This document shows positions 1 to 16,768 of a DNA stretch of 64,000 bases, piece by piece. A program made the position numbers and the translations under genes. The notes under the pieces were generated by a model. The model did not search any database, was not told the DNA's origin, and saw nothing but the letters and a program-made list of their open reading frames with translations. Source of the DNA: the human T2T-CHM13v2.0 reference genome, Homo sapiens; assembly GCF_009914755.1 (NCBI RefSeq), contig NC_060926.1, one strand, 5' to 3'. How positions within the stretch are numbered: the stretch's first letter is position 1; every line of letters begins with the position of its first letter.

Positions 1-736
1 AAATATCCTAGGAGGAATTCTGTTTTGAGAGAGTAATACTTATTCTTAATTACATTTTATATCTCTTAAGTACATTTAAAACAACTGGGCCTGCAGCACT
101 GTTGTCCAACAGATACCATTATGTCACTATTGGCAGAAACAGCAGCTTTAGTAACTTTAATGAGTATTTTAGGCAATAATACGCAAGGCACTGGGTTTAT
201 GGTGACTATATTCTCCATAGTAAAAATGTGGTCACATGATATTTAGGTGACTCATCATCAGGAAAATCTGTGATGTATGAACATCGTAACACACACTAAG
301 AGGAAGTTATAATCAAAGAGAACAGGGAGAGAACATTAGTCATAAGCCTCCACGAACCATTGTGATAGGCAGGTATTATATCATTCCCATTTTATAAATG
401 AGGAAAGCTAATCAGAAAGGGTGGCAAGCTCCGTTCTTGGAGAAGGGCTTAGAGGACAGCACTCCAGGTCTGCTGTTTCAAACAACACCTCCGATTTCAG
501 GCATCTTACAGATAGGGCTTCCACATTAGATATCATTTAAACCAAGAGTTCAAATTTTTAAAAATGATTTTAAGAAAGGTTTAAATCCTGGACTTCTGAG
601 AACAGAGTGTAACTGCCCATAAAAAAAATGCCATACTGGGAAAAATAAAACAACACGAAAATAACATTGTAAGATAAATATAAAATAGTTCAAATTAAAG
701 GAATAATTTAAATTACAATGGAGCCAAAGAGAACTA

Positions 737-1040
737 CAGTCATGTGCTCATAATGATGTTCAGATCAATGACAGACTGCTTATACGGTGGTCCCATAAGT
801 ATTTTTACTGTACCTTTTCTAGGTTTAGATACCATTGTATTACAATTGTCTATAGTGTTCAGTACAGTAACATGCTGTACAGGTTGTAGCCTAGGAGTAA
901 CAGGCTATACTCTACAGCCTAGGTGTGGAGTAGACTATACCACCTGGGTTTGTGTAAGTACAATTTATTATGCTGGCCCAACAAGTGCTTAATGAAGCAT
1001 TTCTCAGGAAGTATCTTCATCATTAAATGACACATGACTG
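737..1040. mobile_element. Tigger3/MER7-type (TcMar-Tigger) non-autonomous DNA transposon
   Basis: Terminal inverted repeats cagtcatgtg...cacatgactg flanked by TA on both sides. Confidence 0.85.
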
Positions 1041-1318
1041 TACAGACTCTGCATCCAAAGCTAGCGTGTTTTAAACTGAGTTTTTTTCCTACTGTTCAAA
1101 CAGGCTATTTTAAAAATCCCTTTAAAAATTTTCATTTATAGTTTTGTTTTGATCTAGACTACTACTGCCGACTTAAGGAAAATATCGCTAGAGAACATGA
1201 CAGCAATGACAGAGAAACATAAAATTAACAGAAATTTTGAAAGTATCTATTGAACGTTAACTACTTAAGTTACTTTTGCCAATTTTGTCCTATTTTCAAT
1301 TTGTCCCTATGTGGATTA

Positions 1319-1667
<349 letters not shown>

Positions 1668-1964
1668 TTAGGTCCTACAACATTTCTTAAAGAATTCACA
1701 CTCTAAAACCACTCTCCATTCTCTAAATGCTGATGTTGATGAACCTTATTCTCCAATTCCCCAATACAGCTTAATTTCCACTAACCATACACATCAAATG
1801 AGGTGCCCCCAGACATTTTCTTATAGGCTGGGCACCATCTTGGGTCAGCCCTCTAAACTTAAAACCACATGAACATGCTCAGATACAGGACAGCAGAGTG
1901 CTATTAGAGCCATTTCCATGGGTCTAGAGTGCTCAATGTTCCAAAGACACAAGAGAAGCTTTGA

Positions 1965-2400
1965 TTTCATTGAACATTCACCATGCCAGACACTGGAGGA
2001 ACAGAGATGAACATGACAACCTCTGTCCTCAAGGAACATATAATCTAGTAGGGAACAGAAAAGGAAACCAACAATGATGAAACACTCTGTTAAGTGCTAT
2101 AAAAGAGGTATGTTAAGTGAGCGTAGTTTAACTCAGTTTGAGAAGATAGGAAAGTGGTGATGCTTCAGTGGAGACCTGAAGAGTGAATATGTAAGAGAAA
2201 GGAGAAGGGTGTTTTAGGCAGAGGAACCAACATATACAAGGGTATAAAGACGTGAGAACAACATGTTAGAACTCAAAGTGACTTAGCATTTCTGAAGCAT
2301 AGGATGGGTGGTACAGACTCATGGAAAATGAGGCTAGAGAGGAGGAAGCGGCAAAATCCTAAGCCATACCAAAAACTTTGGACTTTATCCTGTAGGGCAA
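1965..2400 (-). mobile_element. L2 fragment
   Basis: Degenerate L2 3'-end motifs (ttcattgaacatt...ccctcaagga...aatctagtaggg; tttggactttatcctgtagg). Confidence 0.6.
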
Positions 2401-2401
2401 T

Positions 2402-2570
2402 GTTATTCCAATTGTGGTTTGTTGATGACCTGCATCAAAATTACCTGGGGTGCATCTTTTAAAGTCAGTTTTAAAATGGCCCACTCAAGATCTACTGAAT
2501 ACTAATGTCAAGAGGATGGAATATTTTCAACAAGTTACCCAGGGTATTGCTTATACTCACTTAAGTTTAA
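2402..2570. mobile_element. MER5-like hAT-Charlie MITE
   Basis: tgcatcaaaattacctgggg ... ttttcaacaagttacccagg motifs typical of MER5. Confidence 0.5.
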
Positions 2571-3391
2571 CAAAATATAAACAACTATGTTGTTTAATAA
2601 TTACTGGGAGCTCTTGCAAGACAGTAAGTAATGCCATTTTGTGTAACCACAATTTGGTTAAAGGTAAATGTGGACTCCTTAAATAAGTACTAGAATGAGT
2701 ACTCCTTAAAACCATAAGGAAATCAGGTACCATGAGGATCCATCATTAACACACCCCAATTATTCCTCTTCCATTACCATAGTCTCATGCTTCCTCTCAC
2801 AGTTATTCATTTACAGATAAATTTTAGTTCTTTATTTCCAGTTATGTTTCAGTAGCTTTCTCACAAAAATGGTTTTAGAAACACCTCCTATGCTGTTCTA
2901 ACCTTAAAAATAATTCTAAAGAAAAACATGCACTAGAGAAAGGGGCAGGAGGGAGGTGAAGACTTCCATGTTCAAGGAGTACCCCAACTGTGCAAGTTAC
3001 AACTGTTGCAAAATAAAAGCAAGAGGAAGGAAACGTAAATCAGACTAGAGAAACAATAAGAAAAAAAATGTTAAATTTAGTAAGGCACAAAAAGAGGAAG
3101 AGGACTCATCAAAAGGAGGAGAGAGGAAGTCAGAGCAGAGAAGGGAAAGGAAAGGAAAGAAGTAGGACACTCATAATGTAAAATGGAAAGATAACTGTAG
3201 GGGATTAATTACTTATCAGATGGGGCAGTGCCTGGTATGCTTGGTTTCTTTCTCTCATTACCTACAACTACACTATTTTAAAACAAGACCTTTAGTTCTG
3301 CTGTGAATGAAGTGCTGTTATTTATAAATTGCCCAAATGGAAACTGGGAATTTAATAAACCGTCTGGGAAGTTTTAAAAATGAATTTGCAT

Positions 3392-3520
3392 GGTCAGGTA
3401 TGGTGGCTCACGCCAGTAATCCTAGCAACTTTGGGAGGCCAAGGCGGGCAGACTGCTTGAGCCCAGGAGTTTGAGACCTGCCTGGGCCACATGGCGAGAC
3501 CTCATCTCTTAAAAAAATAA
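3392..3520 (+). mobile_element. FLAM (free left Alu monomer)
   Basis: Left monomer only, followed by an A-rich tail. Confidence 0.85.
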
Positions 3521-4482
3521 ACATAATTTTATAACTTTTGCTCTTAATTTATAAAGTAGATGAGTTAAAAAAAAAAGTTAAAAGTTGCTTTTTATATATC
3601 CATCACTGAAGTTTCCTCTGTAGATTAGTGACCCTCGATAGAAAGGGCCTACAGAAAGGTTCTACTTAGGATCCAAACCTTCGAAAATACTCTGCCTACA
3701 AAGCATCAAGCTAAGCATTATGAAAAAAAAAAAAAAAAAGGCAAAAAAACAAATACAAATTCTCTAACTTCAAAGAACATTAATACTAACTGTGGGAGAA
3801 CAGGGCTCCCTGCAGCCTTGACCTTCTGGGCTCAAGCAGTCCTCCTGCCTCAGCCTCCCTGAGTAGCTGGGACGACAGATATAAGATATCTTGATTAACA
3901 AATTCTCTAGCAACAAAGTTCCTTTTGTAGACCAGTGCATGAAGCAAATTTAAAGGAAGCTACAGTCTCCTATGTGTTGAAAGGGACTAAGAAGGAAGCA
4001 ATGTGCTATGCTATTCAGAAGCTTCATAGAAGCAAGCCTGAATTAACTAGCTACCAGGGAACTTGCATGGATGGCCTGGTCCTCAGAGTGAGCTGACACC
4101 TGGAACTCAGTTTTGTAAAACTGCCAGATGGAACCAAACCTTCCTAACAGAGAGGTATGCTATTCTTGGGCCAGTCACGGTAAATTCTTCTTTACCCAGA
4201 GGACAGAGAAGTACTAGGAAAGATGATTTACACCCTTATGCCATCTCTTTGATTTAAGCCTTCATTTCTGACAACCCAGGATGTAACTAACACATCCTCT
4301 TCACTATCATCTACATTAACTGTGAAGTAATTTAAGATCACATAATGAAGCATAAAAACAAACTAGAACTATTTTAACAGTTGGTAGAGATTGTATTGCC
4401 TAAGAGTTATAAATCAAATTCAAAGGCAATTTTATTAATGTTTTATTTATCAGGCACTTAAATGAACCCCTTAGAAAAAGAA

Positions 4483-5096
<614 letters not shown>

Positions 5097-5187
5097 TTAA
5101 TGAGAATAAGCATTCCTTTATTTACATTAGATTTTCATAATATTGGATATTCTTAATCTATTAAACCGCAAACAGGAACTCCCCATC

Positions 5188-7438
5188 TGTATTAGTCTGT
5201 TTTCATGCTGCTGATAAAGACATACCAGAGACTGGGAAGAAAGAGGTTTAACTGGACGTACAGTTCCACATGGCTGGGAGGGCCTCAGAATCATGGCAGT
5301 GGCAAGACAAAATGTGAAGAAGCAAAAGTGGAAACCCATGATAAACCCATCAGATCTCATGAACTTATTCACTATCACAAGATTAGCACAAGAAAGACTG
5401 GCCCCCAAGATTCAATTATCTCCCCCTGGGCCCCTCCCACAACACATAGGAATTCTGGGAGATACAATTCAAGTTGAGATTTGGGTGGGGACACAGCCAA
5501 ACCATATCATTTGGCCCCTCCAAATCTCATGTCCTCACATTTCAAAACCAATCATGCCTTCCCAACAGTCTCCCAAAGTCTTAACTAATTTCAGTATTAA
5601 CCTGAAAGTCCACAGTCCAAAGTCCCATCTGAGACAAGGCAAGTCCCTTCTGCCTATGAGCCTATAAAATCAAAAGCAAGCTAGTTACTTCCCAGATACA
5701 ATGGGGGTACAGGTATTGGGTAAATACAGCCGTTCCAAATGGGAGAACTTGGCCAAAACAAAGGGGTTACAGGGCCCATGAAAGTCCAAAAGCCAGTGGG
5801 GCAGCCAAATTTTAAAGCTCCAAAATGATCTCCTTTGGCTCCAGGTCTCACATCCTGGTCACGCTGATGCAAAAGGTGGGTTCCCATGGTCTTGGGCAGC
5901 TCTGCCCCTGTGGCTTTGCAGGGTACAGCCTCCCTCCTGGCTGCTTTCACGGGCTGGCATTGAGTGTCTGAGGCTTTTCCAAGTGCACAGTGCAAGCTGT
6001 CTGTAGATCTACCATTCTGGGGTCTGGAGGACAATAGCCCTCTTCTCACAGCTCCACTAGGCAGTGCCCCAGTGGGGACTCTGTGTGGGGGCCCCAACCC
6101 CACATTTCCCTTCCGCACTGTCCCAGGAGAGGTTCTCCATGAGAGCCCCACCCCTGCAGCAAACTTTTGCCTAGGCATCCAGGTGTTTCTATACATCTTC
6201 TGAAATCTAGGCCGAAGTTTCTAAACCTCAGTTCTTGACTTCTGTGCACCCGCAGGCTCAACACCACATGGAAGCTGCCAAGGCTTGGGGCTTCCACCCT
6301 CTGAAGCCACAGCCTGAGCTCTATGTTGGCCCCTTTCAGCCACAGCTGGAGTGGCTGGGACACAGGGCACCAAGTCCCTAGGCTGCACACAGCACAGGGA
6401 TCCTGGGCCCGGCCCACGAAACCACTTTTTCCTCCTGGGCCTCTGGGCCCTGTGATGGGAGGGGGCTGACCTGACGGTCTCTGACATGGCCTGGAGACAT
6501 TTTCCCCGGTCTTGGGGATTAACATTAGGCTCCTTGCTATTTATGCAAATTTCTGCAGCTGGATTGAATTTCTCCTAAAAAAAAAAAAAAAGTTTGTCTT
6601 TTCTACTGCATCATCAGGCAGAAAATTTCCTGAACTTTTATGCTGTTTCTCCTTTAAAACAGAATGCTTTTAATAGCACCCAAGTCACCTTTTGAATGGT
6701 TTGCTGCTTTGAAATTTCTTCCATCAGATACCCTAAATCATCTCTCTCAATTTCAAAGTTCTACAAATCTCTAGCGCAGGGGCAAAATGCCGCCAGTGTC
6801 TTTGCTAAAACATAATGAGAGTCACCTTTGCTCCAGTTCCCAACAAGTTCCTCATCTCCATCTGAGACCACCTCAGCTTGGATCTTATTGTTCATATCAC
6901 TATCAGCATTTTTGTCAAAGCCATTCAACAAGTCTCCAGACAGTTTCACACTTTCCTACATTTTCCTGTCTTCTTCTGAGCCCTCCAAACTGTTCCAGCC
7001 TCTGCCTGTTACCCAGTTCCAAAGACACTTCTACGTTTTTGGGTATCTTTTCAGCAACGCCACACTCTACTGGTACCAATTTACTGCATTAGTCCATTTT
7101 CAGGCTGCTGATGAAGACAAACCTGAGATTGGGAAGAAAAAGAGGTTTAATTGGACTCACAGTTCCACATGGCTGGGGAGGCCTCAGAATCATGGTGGGA
7201 GGCAAAAGGCACTTCTTACATGGCGGTGGCAAGAGAAAATGTGGAAGAAGCAAAAGTGGAAACCCCTGATAAACCCATCAAATCTCATGAGACTTATTCA
7301 CTATCACAAGACTAGCACAAGAAAGACTGGCCGCCATGATTAAATTACCCCCCCCCGGGTCCCTCCCACAACACAGAGGAATTCTGGGAGATACAACTGA
7401 AGTTGAGATTTGGGTGGGGACACAGCCAAACCATATCA
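5188..7438 (-). mobile_element. Full THE1 (ERVL-MaLR, THE1C-like) element: LTR 5188-5509, internal 5510-7084, LTR 7085-7438
   Basis: Two direct-repeat LTRs, tg(t/c)attagtc...gggacacagccaaaccatatca, flanking about 1.6 kb of typical THE1 internal sequence. Confidence 0.93.
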
Positions 7439-7648
7439 CTAAAGTGGAAAAATACAATTTAGTTCAACGCTCTACAAAGAAACCCCTAACATCCCTATAT
7501 ATAAAAAGTTCTGATTATCTTATAATTAACTATTACACAATATGCCATAAAGCATTATCTGAAACCACAGAGTAGATAAAAAACTATAAAAACTGAAAAA
7601 CAACAAATAATTGATTGTGTTGTTTATATTCCAGATTCTCAATTTCAA

Positions 7649-7729
7649 GAGCTGTGAGACAGTAAATTTCTGTTGCTTTAAGCCACTCAGCGTGTAGTAA
7701 TTTGTTACTGCAGCCCTAGCAAATGAATA
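7649..7729 (+). mobile_element. MLT1 LTR 3' fragment
   Basis: ctgtgaga..taaatttctgttgctttaagccac...tttgttactgcagccctagcaaa motif. Confidence 0.7.
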
Positions 7730-8358
7730 GTTACTATACACACACGCGCGCGCACGCACACACACACACGGCTGCTCCACACTTCAGACCTTTTGCTGTT
7801 ATACTACATAGTGTAGCTATTTAGTTATTTTTGCAGACAGCTGATGTTGTGCATGTCCACTCCAGCCTCAACTAGAAGTAGAAGCTGCAACTTCATTCCT
7901 CTTAGAGAAAACGGTCTTGAAACTATGGAAAGCCTCACGAGGGAGGCAGCAGTATTTTTCTTCACTTTTGTCCTACCTATTCCCCTACCAGATGGCCAAA
8001 CGCACTGGCAAGAAATCCAATCCCAGAGGCAACCCATGCTTTGAGAGGAAAGGGGGTAACAAATAGACGTAGCCTATAGCTTGGAAGTCATTTGGATTAG
8101 GTATTGAATTATCAGTATAAATAAACTCAAGGTTTCAAACAGACAAAAAGATGGGCAGAAATAAAGACAGAGATGTGTGTATTATGTGTTTGTAGGTATG
8201 TCCACTGAAAAAGCCTGGTGGCAATGACACCAGGTAATTAATTAGCACACTTGGTTCCCAGTTTTTGGTTTCAAAATACTGTATACACTCTACACAAAAA
8301 GTAACAGACACCTGGAGTAGTAATTCCAGGGCAGGGCAGGGAAAAAAAACAAGATGAG

Positions 8359-8450
8359 ATCTTGCAGTGAGCAGAGATCGTGCCACTGCACACTCCAGCC
8401 TGGGCAACAGAGCGAGACTCCGTCTCAAAAAAAAACAAAAAACAAAAAAC
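8359..8450 (+). mobile_element. Severely 5'-truncated Alu
   Basis: Only the Alu 3' end plus tail, between 15-bp TSDs aaaaaacaagatgag (8344-8358 and 8451-8465). Confidence 0.85.
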
Positions 8451-8631
8451 AAAAAACAAGATGAGCCTCTAGAACATCATCTAGTGGCAAAAAGTCCTCA
8501 ATTAATGATAGGCACATGTCAAATGGACACAGGAACCAGCCTGAAGGCCCAGATCAGGGGTCTAATCTGTGAAAAGTTAAATACTGAAATAAATTATGAT
8601 AGAAACAAATTATAATCCACTGACTAAAATC

Positions 8632-9124
<493 letters not shown>

Positions 9125-9840
9125 TGAATTAAATAAAATATACACAGTAAAGAAGAAAGCTCTTACTTACTGTAGAATGCCAACTACTTAATGTAGATGA
9201 AATGACAAAAAAAAATCACCATTTTGCAACCACTGTTATAATTATAAAGTATTTATTTTAAAAGTAATTTAAAAACCAAGTTGCTAAGTTTTAAAAAATC
9301 AAGGCAAGAATCATCAATAGAGGCTAAAACTAGTAGGTGAAAATTTGATGACATATATTCTCAAAATATCTCCCCACAAATTACTCAGAAGACAACCTTA
9401 ACCAAGTGACCAAAATATCATCACTACAAAGGCAAACCAACATCAGAGGGTTCCAGTTATAATGCATTGGGAAGGATACAACATCACTGTAGTTATTCCT
9501 GCAAAAAATGCAGTACCTGAATCAAATCCTAAGAGACATTTTACAAAATAATTGGCCAACACTTTTCAATAATGTGATGGCCAAGAAACAAAGAAAGGCT
9601 AAGGAAATGTTCCATATTCAATGGAACTTAAAGAGACATGACAACTAAATACAATGCTTGAACCTGGACTGGATCTTAGACCCAGGGAAAATATCTAAAC
9701 ATAGCCATAAGGACAATGTTGGAACAGTTGACAAAATATGACTGGATTAGATCACAGTATTGAATCAATGTTACATTTCCTGATTTTGATAACAGTATTG
9801 CAGTGACGTAAGAGAACATCTTTGATCTTAAGAAATATAC
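9125..9840 (+). mobile_element. Old L1M (L1MC/ME-like) 3' UTR fragment
   Basis: agagacatgacaactaaat..aatg, ctggactggatc, aatgttacatttcctgattttgataac motifs. Confidence 0.65.
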
Positions 9841-9845
9841 ACTGG

Positions 9846-10165
9846 GGCCGGGCACGGTGGCTCATGCCTGTAATCCCAGCACTTTGGGAGGCTGAGGCGG
9901 GCGGATCACCAGGTCAGGAGATCAAGACCATCCTGGCTAACACAGTGAAACCCCATCCCTACTTAAAAAAAAAAATACAAAAAAATTAGCCACATGTGGT
10001 GGTGGGTGCCTGTAGTCCCAGCTACTTGGGAGGCTGAGGCAGGAGAATGGCGTAAACCCGGGAGGCAGAGCTTGTATAGTGAGCTGAGATAGCGCCACTG
10101 CACTCCAGCCTGGGCAACAGAGCAAGACTCTGTCTCAAAAAAAAAAAAAAAAAAAAAGGAAGAAA
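9846..10165 (+). mobile_element. AluY
   Basis: AluY diagnostics; TSD aagaaatatacactggg on both sides. Confidence 0.93.
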
Positions 10166-10185
10166 GAAAGAAATATACACTGGGG

Positions 10186-10347
10186 TTACAGGCATGCACC
10201 ACCATGCCTGGCTAATTTTGTATTTTTAGTAGAGACAGGGTTTCTCCATGTTGGTCAGGCTGGTCTCGAACTCCCAACCTCAGGTGATCCGCCTGCCTCG
10301 GCCTCCCAAAGTGTTGGAATTACAGGCGTGAGCCACCACGCCTGGCC
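10186..10347 (-). mobile_element. Alu left arm plus linker (right arm missing)
   Basis: Starts mid-element at ttacaggcatgcacc and ends cgcctggcc. Confidence 0.88.
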
Positions 10348-10396
10348 TTGAGGTTGTTTATATTCTTCTTACAACTTTTCTGTAGGTTTGAAATTA

Positions 10397-10588
10397 CAGT
10401 TTTCCCTTGGCACCAGGGGGACTGGTTCCAGGACCTCCACCTATACCCAAATCATGCATACTCAAGTCCAGTAAACCCTCCATATACGTAGGTTTCACAT
10501 CACCACAATGATCCATGTTTGGCTGAAAAAAAATCTGCATACAAGCAGACCCACACAGTGCAAACCTGTGTTGTTCAAGTGTCAACAG
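10397..10588. mobile_element. MER8-like (Tigger2-derived) MITE
   Basis: TA-cagttttccc...ggttccaggacc...gtgttgttcaagtgtcaacag-TA. Confidence 0.8.
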
Positions 10589-10974
10589 TATATCAAAATA
10601 AATTAAGAAAGAGAGAGATGAAGGAGGAGAGATAAAAAGAAAAAAGTCTTTACCCTCAGAAAGCTATAATTAGGAAAACAGTGTGTTAACAAATAGATCA
10701 TCTAAATTTCAGAAATAAATTTAAGGAAAAGGAAAAAAAGACAAGCTATAAAACACTTTTACTAAATTAATACGTTTAGTCTAAGGACACTGAAAAATAA
10801 TTGTGTATTTCTCCAATATATGGTTTTTATTATGTATGCATATGCTCCCTTTCCTAAAGTATATTTGCCTTGCTTACTCAGTTAACCTTTTTAGCTTATT
10901 TATAAAAATTTAGCATCTTAGAAAGATATTTATTCATCAGACATCCTTTCACAGATGCAAAAAGAGTCATTTAA

Positions 10975-11274
<300 letters not shown>

Positions 11275-11583
11275 CTAAAAAAATAAGTAATTTTTTAAAA
11301 AGTTCGTTAACATCACAAGTAGGTCAGAAAAAAATCAGAATTCGGTTCCAAATCCAAAGTTAGTATTTAATTAAATTGAAATGCTTACAGTAAATACAGA
11401 CTTCAAGATGGGTATTTTTAAAGATGTTTTGATTATTAAAACTGTGTTACTTTTGTTACTGTCAGAACAAAAGGAGTAAAACAGTAAATCACTTCTATTT
11501 TGCATTATTCATTAACATATTTCCTGACCTCTTCCCAACATCCAGATAGGAGGTATTACTAAAGTTGATCAAATATCCCCCAC

Positions 11584-12001
11584 TGATATAGTTTGGATGG
11601 GTATCCCTGCAAATCTCATGTCAAATGTAATCCCTAATGTTGGAGGTGGGGCCTGGTGTGAGGTGATTGGATCATGGAGGTGGTTTCTCATGAATAGTTT
11701 AATACCATCCCCTTGGTGCTGTCCTCTCAATAGTGAGTTCTTGTGAGATGTGGTCATTTAAAAGTGTGTGGCACCTCCCCCCTACTCTTGCCCCTGCTCC
11801 GGCCATGTCACCTGCCTTGTTCCCCCTTCACCTTCTACCATGATTGTATAAGCTTTCTGAGGTCTCCCCAGAAGCAGAGCAGATGCCAGCATCATGCTTC
11901 CTGTATAGCCTGCAGAACCATGAGCCAATTAAACCTCTTTTACTTATAAATTATCCAGTCTCAGGTATTTCTTTATAGTAATATGAGAATGGCCTAATAC
12001 A
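11584..12001 (+). mobile_element. MST (MaLR) solo LTR
   Basis: tgatatagtttggat...ccaattaaacctctttt..ataaatta.ccagtctcaggtatttctttatag...ctaataca. Confidence 0.88.
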
Positions 12002-12078
12002 TACAACCAAAAAAGCTTCAAGATGTCTGCTTTCTGTTTCTATCTCATAAATGTAAAATTCCTAGGAAAGACATTTTA

Positions 12079-12489
<411 letters not shown>

Positions 12490-13744
12490 TCAAACCTGGG
12501 ATGCAAACTCAAATACCTGCAGGGGTCAGGCAGCCAATATACATACTGGTGGTGGTAGTTAGATATAAACCAATAGGGAGTGGTGAGGTCTGGGAACTGT
12601 GACAGCACACCTCAGCTAAAAACACTAGAATTTTTTAAGTTTATTCTGGAATTAAGATAGTGGTGAAGGTTGCATGACCTTGTGAATGTAATAAAACTCA
12701 CTGAGTGTACACTTTAAAAGAGTAAATGTTTGGGAGGGTGAGGCAGGAGGATTGCTTGAGCCCAGGAGTTCGAAACCAGACTGGGCAACATAGCGAGACT
12801 CTGTCTGTATTAAAAAATAAATTTAAAAAAAGAGTAAATATTATGTATATCTCAATTTAAAAAAAACTAAAAGTTTAAGTGTGTGCTAGTTAAACAAGAG
12901 AGGAGTTAGATGCCACTTCCTCTGAGAAGCCCATGAACTCTGTACCTCTATGGCATTTATAGCTAATCAGCTTTGTATTATGTGGTGGTTACTGGTGCAC
13001 TTGCCTTATCACCCTCCACACCCAACTAGATTGCAAGCTCTGGAAAGAGAGAAACCATATGGTTCTCATTTTTCACCCCAGAGCAACTACCACAGAAATA
13101 TATTCTTTCTTGATGCAAATTTCGACTTTTTTCTGCCAAGTATTTCTAATTTAAGATGACTCAAAGCTAAAGGTACATTTCTTTAAAAAAAAAAAAAAGT
13201 GGCCAATTTATCTGGTTCTAGTTTAAAGAAATATTAATCAAAAGAAACCAACACATTCCAAAATTAATTTCCCTATCAATAGAAGAATGGTTAGGAAAAA
13301 TCAGAAAATTCTGCAATGCACTTTAGCTTCAGAAGAGTATTTTAATAGTATTTCTATAAGGTTATTTCAAGGCATATGATTTGATTCAATAGCTGCGTTA
13401 ATGACTCTCTGGTAAAAATTAACAAATGACTATTAGTAAGGGTTCTTGCACCTGACAGAAACCCAACTCAAACTAGTTTTAACAAAGAATCTATTCAAAG
13501 TATAATTATCGGTACATTTGTCACAATGTTTGTCCTCTCAATTTCTTTAATCTCCCTTCCTCTTCCCTTCCAGGGTTTCATTCCAAAATTCTCTACCTTC
13601 TTTACATTTCCATTTCCCATGTCTTTGCTGTCTCCCCATTTTAACCTGTGAGTTCTCTTTCAGTATCCCTTTAAAAAGCTACTCCCAATTCCTATATATG
13701 AAAAACCAAAATCCACACAGTCGCTAAAAGAGACTTTAAGAATC

Positions 13745-14342
<598 letters not shown>

Positions 14343-14537
14343 TTATTCCACCAGGAGTAAGAAATCCAACCAGAGATGGATCATTATTCCTGACATTAAT
14401 GAGACACAAATGGAAGTAAGATAGAATTTAACAGTCAAAAATTGCCTTGGGTGACAAGAATAGTCTAAAAAACTTATTGAAATTTTTGGAATGAGTTTGT
14501 TGGGTATTTAAACAACATATGCTAAACATCCCTTACC

Positions 14538-14839
14538 TTTTTTTTTTTTTTTTTTTGAGACAGAGTCTTGCTCTGTCATCCAGGCTGGAGTACAGTGGTG
14601 CCATCTTAGCTCACTGCCACCTCCGCCTCCCAGGTTCAAGCGATTCTCCTTGCCTCAGCCTCCCAAGTAGCTGGGATTACAGGCACATGCCACCATGCCT
14701 GGCTAATTTTTTGTTATTTTTTAGTAGAGACAGGGTTCACTGTGTTAGCCAGGATGGTCTGGATCTCCTGACCTGGTGATCCGCCCACCTTGGTCTCCCA
14801 AAGTGCTGGGATTACAGGCATGAGCCACCGCGCCCGGCC
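14538..14839 (-). mobile_element. Alu
   Basis: TSD atccctta. Confidence 0.93.
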
Positions 14840-15267
14840 ATCCCTTAACATTTTAACACAAATTCTGGTCCATAAGAAATCTCAAATAGGTAAATCTTTC
14901 ATGTTTATGTCCTAAGTGTGAATGAGTAAAAACAGACTTTCATTATCTTACACAATTGAAAACGTTAGTTTAATAAACAGTTTGCCAGATCTCCCTAGTT
15001 ATCTAGGACTAAACAAGGAATCAGGAGACTTGAAATTCTTGTCTTAATTCTGCCACTAACTAGGTAGAACTTTGAGTTAAATCATTTAAATCCTTAGCCC
15101 TCACTTTCTTAATCTGCAGAAAAATGGGGGGGGGAATAGATGAACTAGTTGATACCAAAGATTTCCTCCACTCCTCCAACCCCATTCTATTTTTGTCTGA
15201 ATTTCTACTATTTAATTACTGACTTCACTCTCAATTTCTTCCTATTTATCAGTCTTTTCTCTCAATC

Positions 15268-16056
<789 letters not shown>

Positions 16057-16421
16057 CTCTCTCCAATCTTAATTCCGGAGTAAGGTATCTGCTGCCAGCT
16101 ACTCTTTACTCTATTACTTAAGGGGAGGGAGCAGTTTAGGGAGCCAGCTTTCCCACCTTCACAGTCCAAAGACAGCCACAGCTATCTGCTCTGCCCTAGT
16201 TCAAATGAAGTCTCAGGAGTTTAGAAATTGTCTGAGGTGCTTTGACTTCTAATTTAATACTTTTAGGGTTTTTTTGTTTTTGTTTTTGTTTTTACTCTCT
16301 GTGTATTCATTTGTTTAAATAGTTAATATGGTCATGGTTATGAGAGAATAAAATTCAACTTAGTGTACAACAAAATATGGATTCCAGGAAGCTTAGAGGG
16401 TGGCTACCAGTGAGACAATGA

Positions 16422-16768
<347 letters not shown>

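Noticed and set aside
5293-7575. ORFs of up to 171 aa in the THE1 element
   Set aside because: Fragments of MaLR LTR and internal sequence; no gag, pol or env motifs recognised.
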